Source: Candidatus Hadarchaeales archaeon | Lineage (GTDB): Archaea; Hadarchaeota; Hadarchaeia; Hadarchaeales; Hadarchaeaceae | Assembly: GCA_038823825.1 (NCBI GenBank) | Contig: JAWBCC010000003.1 | Coordinates: 60,001-92,000, forward strand | Reading direction: 5' to 3' | DNA: 32,000 nucleotides | Shown here: piece after piece, positions 27,371 through 32,000 of the stretch | Numbering within the stretch: position 1 is the first letter of the stretch | Layout: each line of letters opens with the position of its first letter | Position numbers and translations under genes: made by a program | The notes under the pieces: model-generated | Databases searched by the model: none | Told to the model about the DNA's origin: nothing | The model's input: only the letters and a program-made list of their open reading frames with translations

Positions 27371-27386
27371 GTGCACAGCTGTGCAC
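27371..27386. repeat. Palindrome copy 3 GTGCACAGCTGTGCAC (16 bp perfect)
   Basis: Overlaps the candidate GTG start codon (27381) of the small ORF. Confidence 0.95.
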
Positions 27387-27620
27387 GGTCGAGTAATTCT
27401 TTTCACGTGGGAGCTTAAGGAGAGCTCAAAATCTCGGCGTTGGTTTTACGCAAATCTCAGGCGACTGCTGGATGAGCTTCCGCGAAACAGCTGGTGTAAA
27501 CTTGGGGGTTCGGTCTATCTCGTGGAAAAACGATATTCTGTGAGATTTCTAATGCTTCTCAAAAAGTTTGAAGGACCGGAACTAACGTGGTATTCGTTCG
27601 AGATAGTGCGTCAGGTTTGA
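27381..27620 (+). CDS. Small conserved-looking protein, weak Cas2/VapD-like (ferredoxin-like) character; function unknown
   Basis: VHGRVILFTWELKESSKSRRWFYANLRRLLDELPRNSWCKLGGSVYLVEKRYSVRFLMLLKKFEGPELTWYSFEIVRQV; beta-strand, basic helix, SVYLVE strand, helix, strand order. Alternative start ATG 27357. Confidence 0.5.
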   Translation: MHGRVILFTWELKESSKSRRWFYANLRRLLDELPRNSWCKLGGSVYLVEKRYSVRFLMLLKKFEGPELTWYSFEIVRQV

Positions 27621-27621
27621 G

Positions 27622-27635
27622 TTCACAGCTGTGCA
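27622..27635. repeat. Palindrome copy 4 TTCACAGCTGTGCA (one mismatch)
   Basis: One base after the TGA stop of the small ORF; extended context gTTCACAGCTGTGCAc. Confidence 0.9.
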
Positions 27636-27674
27636 CAACGCCCCCGCTGATCACGGGAAATCCCACCACAGCAG

Positions 27675-27688
27675 TGCACAGCTGTGCA
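27675..27688. repeat. Palindrome copy 5 TGCACAGCTGTGCA
   Basis: Perfect 14 bp palindrome, ~50 nt upstream of tRNA-Tyr. Confidence 0.95.
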
Positions 27689-27739
27689 TAGTTTCGTGTG
27701 CGTAAATTCTAAAAATCGGTGAATAGATGTAGAAATGGG

Positions 27740-27830
27740 CCCGCGGTAGCTCAGCTTGGTAGAGCGGCCGGCTGTAGACCCGTCGGCCGAAACCGGCATG
27801 TCGGGAGTTCAAATCTCCCCCGCGGGACCA
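27740..27830 (+). tRNA. tRNA-Tyr (anticodon GTA) with ~14 nt intron at 37/38, CCA encoded
   Basis: CCCGCGG/CCGCGGG acceptor; GCCGG-CTGTAG[ACCCGTCGGCCGAA]A-CCGGC anticodon arm with insert; GGGAG-TTCAAAT-CTCCC T arm. Confidence 0.9.
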
Positions 27831-27852
27831 TGAGTCCATTTCAATCGCCTGC

Positions 27853-28656
27853 TTAAGGATGACTGGAGAACACTGGAATCGGGGCCGCTTTCGTACACTT
27901 TTCCCGATATCCGCACGCACCACATTTTTCAGCTTTTCTGGTCGGTTTGGCGTTTCTTCTTTCCTCCCAAAACGGTATCGCCCATTCAAGCTTTTCGATT
28001 GCGCTTTCCAGCGAGAAGGGGTACATCCAGACCACTAGTCCAGGAATGTCGAGATCAACCGGTTCTTTTTTATACAGTTCAGGTATGCTCAGCATGCATA
28101 TTGTCTGGTTGAGACTCTCGATCTTTTCTCTGTTCAGATCGTGTGGTGCTACAGAGATGGCGTATCTCAGCTCAGAAGTTTCGAAGCCAAGGTCATGGAG
28201 AAGATATCCGTAAACCAGAGCCTGAACGTGATAACTCGGAAAAATCTTCGGCTTTCTGGAAAACTTGTATTCGATGAGCAGCGTGGGTTTTCTGCGCCTG
28301 AAGAGTATATAGTCCGGTCTACCTGCGATTACGCATTCCCGGTACTTTCCGAGTAGAAGCATAGAAGCCCCAACCGTTGGCTTTTGAAATATGTCTCTCC
28401 AGAGATCCTCTCTTTTTACAGGAATCATGCCGGAAAGAGTCAGTTCATGCTTTTCATCACCCTTTTCCATTTCTTGGGTCTGAATCTTCCCGTAGGTGTA
28501 TTTGAGTTCCACTTTTTTCTCGCAATAAAACTGTTCTGCTATCTCCGAGGCATTCACAAAATGTAGTCCAAAGCGGAGCCTTTTTTTACTCTCTTTTGCT
28601 TCCTCCAGCAATGACATAAATCTTCTAAACGGTTTCCACCTTTTCATGGAACCCAC
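27853..28656 (-). CDS. Cas4-like / RecB-type PD-(D/E)XK nuclease with Fe-S-type cysteines
   Basis: SEIAEQFYCEKKVELKYTYG; GRPDYILF ... TLLIEYKFSRKPKIFPSYHVQALVYGYLL; C-terminal CGACGYREKC (one N-terminal + three C-terminal Cys). Confidence 0.82.
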   Translation of the reverse strand: MGSMKRWKPFRRFMSLLEEAKESKKRLRFGLHFVNASEIAEQFYCEKKVELKYTYGKIQTQEMEKGDEKHELTLSGMIPVKREDLWRDIFQKPTVGASMLLLGKYRECVIAGRPDYILFRRRKPTLLIEYKFSRKPKIFPSYHVQALVYGYLLHDLGFETSELRYAISVAPHDLNREKIESLNQTICMLSIPELYKKEPVDLDIPGLVVWMYPFSLESAIEKLEWAIPFWEERRNAKPTRKAEKCGACGYREKCTKAAPIPVFSSHP

Positions 28657-28768
28657 AAAACTAAATTAGGGTTTTGTCATAAAATACGCTTGGGCAGTTA
28701 ACAAGATCCCACAAACGAGAGTAGTTTTTTAAATTTCGTTGTTTATAAAGGAGCTTCATTCAATCAGC

Positions 28769-29176
28769 TTGTGGGTTGTTTTGTCAGGTGTTCGGATATC
28801 ATCGCCGCATGACATATTTGCTCTCGTAAAAGGAGATTTCTCGAATGATAGCGAAAAGGTGGAGCTTGTAATGCTAGATTCGATGTGCAACGTTCTCGCA
28901 AAGGAAATTGTTTCCGAGGGAAGCGAGAACTCGGCTCCCCTCCATCCCCGTCAAGTGCTTGCCGTGGCTCTTCGATATCCGACGGTTTTCATTGTTCTTG
29001 TTCATAACCATCCGAAAGGTTGTGTGGAACCCAGCGAGGAGGATATAGAGGTAACGAGGAAAATTGCAAAGGCTGGAAAAATGGTTGGCGTTTACCTACT
29101 CGATCACCTGATAATTGGGAATGGGAAATTCTTTAGTTTCCTTCAGCAAGGTCTAATTTCTCCTTCAATTAGATAA
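28769..29176 (+). CDS. RadC-like JAB/MPN-domain protein
   Basis: VELVMLDSMCNVLAKEIVSEGSENSAPLHPRQVLAVAL, VLVHNHPKGCVEPSEEDIEVTRKI, YLLDHLIIGNGKFFSF. ORF opens at TTG 28739 but TTTATAAA at 28742 suggests a start downstream. Confidence 0.8.
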   Translation: MWVVLSGVRISSPHDIFALVKGDFSNDSEKVELVMLDSMCNVLAKEIVSEGSENSAPLHPRQVLAVALRYPTVFIVLVHNHPKGCVEPSEEDIEVTRKIAKAGKMVGVYLLDHLIIGNGKFFSFLQQGLISPSIR

Positions 29177-29214
29177 GCAGAAATTAAAGCTGCTTATCAG
29201 ATAAGTTTATATGC

Positions 29215-30996
29215 ATGAAAGAAGAAAATTATAAGATTAATTTGGCAAAAAGAATCGACAGATGGCTAGAAAATAGGCGAATTTTGCTCATGAAAACTTT
29301 TGGGACTAGAGAATTTACCCGTAGAGAAGCTACAGATGTCCTAAAAGAAAAATTTGGTGATGATGAGAAAGCAGTTGCTGCAGTTCTCTCGGAGTTAAAG
29401 CATGCTGGTTATCTCGAGATGAGACCGGATCCTACTGACGCCAGGAAAACGATATACTGCCTAAAAGAAGTCAAGATTCTCAAGCCTGAAACAGAGGAGC
29501 TGACAAGGGATGAGCTAGAATCGCTCCTAAAAAGAGCCGCGGATCTCATACGAACTCGTGTTGATTACAAGTTCATTCTCATTCTGCTCTTTCTCAAGAG
29601 AATAAGTGATAAGTGGGAGATGGAGTTTAAACAGGTTTACGAGCAGCTTCTCCGGAATGGACTTTCGGAGGAAGAAGCCGAGGAGGAAGCTAAGAGCAGC
29701 ATCTACCACGAGTTTGATTTGCCTGAGAAGTTCCTTTGGGAAAACCTTCGCAAAGATGTGGCTAGACTCCCGGAGAGACTCGCTGAATGTCTCAAAACCC
29801 TCGCCGAACGCAACCCGGAGTTGAAGGATGTGGTGGATAGGGGAGATTTTCTCCAGTTTGCGAGAAGTTCGGAAAATGCGGAGATTTTGAGGCAGCTTGT
29901 TGAACTCTTCAGTTCTCGCAAGCTCCACCACGTTTCTCCCGATGTGCTCGGAGACGCGTATGAATGGGTTTTGAGGTACTTTGCTCCGGAAAAGGCGAAA
30001 GAGGGAGAAATCTACACACCAAGGGAGGTCATAAAACTGCTCGTTGAGATTTTGAATCCGAAATCTGGAGAATCTGTTTATGATCCAGCGTGCGGATCGG
30101 GTGGAATGCTCATTTTGTCGTTCAAGAATGTGGAGGAAAAGGAGGGGAGGGAGGCAACCCGAAAGCTCTCCTTGTACGGACAGGAGGCAAACCGGGAGAT
30201 TTTCGCTCTCTGCAAAATGAATATGTACATCCACGATATTAGGGATGTCAACATTGAGTGGGGTGATACGCTTCTCTATCCAAAGTTCATTGAGGGGAAC
30301 AGGCCAAAGACTTTCGACGTTGTGATGGCGAATCCACCTTGGAATCAGGATGGTTATCACGAGGAGGTTCTGAAGAAGGGAGAGTTCTGGGGAGAGAGGT
30401 TTGTCTACGGTTTCCCGCCCAAACAGTCTGCGGACTGGGCATGGATTCAGCATATGCTGGCTTCCGCCGACGGGAAAAACGGAAGGGTTGGGGTTGTTAT
30501 AGACAACGGTTGTCTGTTCAGGGGAGGGAAGGAGCGGGCAATAAGGGAGAGGGTGCTGAGAGATGACCTGCTGGAGTGCGTGATCCTTCTGCCGGAGAAG
30601 CTCTTTTATAACACCGGAGCCCCGGGAGCCATTCTGATTTTCCGTAAACATAAGCCAGCCGAGAGGAAGGGGAAGATCCTGTTCATTAACGCGAGCCAGG
30701 AGTATGAGAAGCATCCAGAGGTGAGGAAGCTGAACAGGCTTGGGGAGGCAAACATAAGGAAGATCGCTGAGGCCTACAGGAACTTCAAGGATGTTGAGGG
30801 TTTCGCCAGAGTGGTTTCGCTGGGGGAGGTGAGGGAGAACGATTACAATCTAAACGTCACGCTGTACGTCTTTCCGGAGGAGAAGGTCGAGGAGATAGAC
30901 GTGGCGAAGGAGTGGGAGGAACTCCGCAAGATTGAGAAGGAAATTACAGAGGTTGAGGAGAAGATTCAGGGATATTTGAGGGAGGTTGGAGGTTAA
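29215..30996 (+). CDS. hsdM: Type I restriction-modification methyltransferase subunit, with extra N-terminal winged-helix domain
   Basis: ADLIRTRVDYKFILILLFLKRISDKWE; YTPREVIKLLVEILNPKSGESVYDPACGSGGML; TFDVVMANPPWNQ; GVVIDNGCLFRGGKERAIRE. Confidence 0.95.
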   Translation: MKEENYKINLAKRIDRWLENRRILLMKTFGTREFTRREATDVLKEKFGDDEKAVAAVLSELKHAGYLEMRPDPTDARKTIYCLKEVKILKPETEELTRDELESLLKRAADLIRTRVDYKFILILLFLKRISDKWEMEFKQVYEQLLRNGLSEEEAEEEAKSSIYHEFDLPEKFLWENLRKDVARLPERLAECLKTLAERNPELKDVVDRGDFLQFARSSENAEILRQLVELFSSRKLHHVSPDVLGDAYEWVLRYFAPEKAKEGEIYTPREVIKLLVEILNPKSGESVYDPACGSGGMLILSFKNVEEKEGREATRKLSLYGQEANREIFALCKMNMYIHDIRDVNIEWGDTLLYPKFIEGNRPKTFDVVMANPPWNQDGYHEEVLKKGEFWGERFVYGFPPKQSADWAWIQHMLASADGKNGRVGVVIDNGCLFRGGKERAIRERVLRDDLLECVILLPEKLFYNTGAPGAILIFRKHKPAERKGKILFINASQEYEKHPEVRKLNRLGEANIRKIAEAYRNFKDVEGFARVVSLGEVRENDYNLNVTLYVFPEEKVEEIDVAKEWEELRKIEKEITEVEEKIQGYLREVGG

Positions 30997-31000
30997 ACAA

Positions 31001-31651
31001 ATGAAAAGATCAAATGATGAGATTCGCGAGTTAATTCTAAGAGAATTATATGAAGTTCACAAAAAAGCTAGGAGTCTAAAAGCCACGGGAAAAAGCATAA
31101 GCGAGTTGAAACGCCAACTTAAGAAGCAATATGGACTAAGTGAAAAAGAAATTGTGCCCAATCTTGATTTTTTAATCCAATGCGGTTGGGTAAAGGTAGA
31201 GAAAGAAACATCCGAGTTTAAAACTCCAAGAGGGTTTATAAAGAAACAGGAGAAAGGTATCTTCAAAATTTCAGATATGGGTATCAACTATTTTGAAGGA
31301 CAATCCAAATTCCAAAGGATAGAGAGATCGCTTGCTGGTATAAACATAACTAATATAGGTGGGGTCACAGTCTTAGGGGACGGAAATGTAGTTGTAAATG
31401 TAAACTATGTTGATTTATACAAAGAACTGTCTATGCTTTCAGAGATCATAAGAAAAAGTGATCAACTCAAAGATGTTGACAAATTAAACTACATCGCGGA
31501 AATTGAAACAATAAAATCCCAGTTGATGAAACCGGAACCTGACAAGAACATAATAAAGCAAGCTTGGGAAAAACTAAAGCCACTTGCAACTATTGCTGGC
31601 ATAGCTTCGTTTTTCGAGCGAGTTGTTAAATTAATGGGGGCATTGTTTTGA
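31001..31651 (+). CDS. wHTH protein with ITNIGGVTVLGDGNVVVN segment and C-terminal helical/hydrophobic region, between hsdM and hsdS
   Basis: MKRSNDEIRELILRELYEVHKKARSLKATGKSISELKRQLKKQYGLSEKEIVPNLDFLIQCGWVKVEKE..; strong RBS GGAGGTTGGAGG upstream. Confidence 0.75.
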   Translation: MKRSNDEIRELILRELYEVHKKARSLKATGKSISELKRQLKKQYGLSEKEIVPNLDFLIQCGWVKVEKETSEFKTPRGFIKKQEKGIFKISDMGINYFEGQSKFQRIERSLAGINITNIGGVTVLGDGNVVVNVNYVDLYKELSMLSEIIRKSDQLKDVDKLNYIAEIETIKSQLMKPEPDKNIIKQAWEKLKPLATIAGIASFFERVVKLMGALF

Positions 31652-32000
31652 AAACCGGTTACAAACAAACGCCAATCGGTAGTATCCCGAAGGAGTGGGA
31701 GGTTGTCAGGCTTGGGGATATTTCTAAGGTATCTTCGGGGAATACAGCACCGCAAGATAAAAAATATTTTGAAAATGGGAAATATCCTTTCATAAGAGTT
31801 CAGCACCTTAGTACATTGCTAGAAAATAAATATCCTATTATTTGCGATTTTGTAAATGACTTGGCTGTTGAGGAACTCAAATTGAAAAAATTCAAGAAAG
31901 GTTCTATAATATTTCCGAAAAGCGGGGAGTCTATAAGGCTTGAAAAAAGGGCGATACTAAGAGAGGATTCCTATGTGGTAAACCACTTAGTTGTTGTCGA
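31648..32000 (+). CDS. hsdS: Type I restriction-modification specificity subunit, truncated by window end
   Basis: TTG start overlapping previous stop; KTGYKQTPIGSIPKEWEVVRLGDISKVSSGNTAPQDKKYFENGKYPFIRVQHLSTL ... KKGSIIFPKSGESIRLEKRAILREDSYVVNHLVVV. Confidence 0.88.
   Translation, partial: MKTGYKQTPIGSIPKEWEVVRLGDISKVSSGNTAPQDKKYFENGKYPFIRVQHLSTLLENKYPIICDFVNDLAVEELKLKKFKKGSIIFPKSGESIRLEKRAILREDSYVVNHLVVV

Noticed and set aside
27276-27380. N-terminal extension of the small Cas2-like ORF (MHNFASFTNLTRVEF...)
   Set aside because: It translates through two palindromes and the TATA box; more likely untranslated.
27486-27498. Sixth palindrome copy (aaacagctggtg)
   Set aside because: Only the central ACAGCTG is shared; the flanks do not match.
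27267-27688. CRISPR array
   Set aside because: Repeats are only 14-16 bp, fully palindromic, just five, split by an ORF, and one overlaps a probable start codon. Spacer lengths (37-40 nt) are CRISPR-like but everything else argues against a canonical array.
28739-28768. RadC-like start at TTG 28739
   Set aside because: TTTATAAA (28742-28749) within this stretch looks like the promoter, so translation probably begins further downstream.

Overview
Archaeal chromosomal window (leaderless or TATA-box style promoters, thermosome, deoxyhypusine synthase, intron-containing tRNA, encoded CCA ends). From left to right: thermosome C-terminus; pyruvoyl arginine decarboxylase; a cluster matching the archaeal (anhydromevalonate-type) mevalonate pathway (mevalonate kinase, UbiD-family decarboxylase, two-subunit aconitase-X-type dehydratase); a frameshifted mini copy of a large surface protein; tRNA-Val(CAC); a secreted M23-like protein; class II aldolase; NadA; rhomboid protease; tRNA-Ala(GGC); a ~1950 aa beta-helix/Fn3/Ig-like/PGF-pre-PGF surface protein; cyclophilin-like; NUDIX; tRNA-Val(GAC); deoxyhypusine synthase; a Ku + LigD-type ligase NHEJ pair; tRNA-Gln(CTG); a group 3b-like NiFe sulfhydrogenase operon (B-G-D-A plus maturation protease); UPF0316-like protein; small wHTH protein; DUF763 protein. 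It ends in an accessory region: five copies of a 14-16 bp palindrome (KTGCACAGCTGTGCA type) clustered around a small ORF with weak Cas2/VapD-like character, an intron-containing tRNA-Tyr, a Cas4/PD-(D/E)XK-like nuclease, a RadC-like JAB protein, and a type I restriction-modification locus with an unusual gene between hsdM and hsdS. The best candidate for something undescribed is the palindrome-flanked small ORF next to the Cas4-like gene (27267-28656). All family assignments are from motif recognition by eye; no searches were run.
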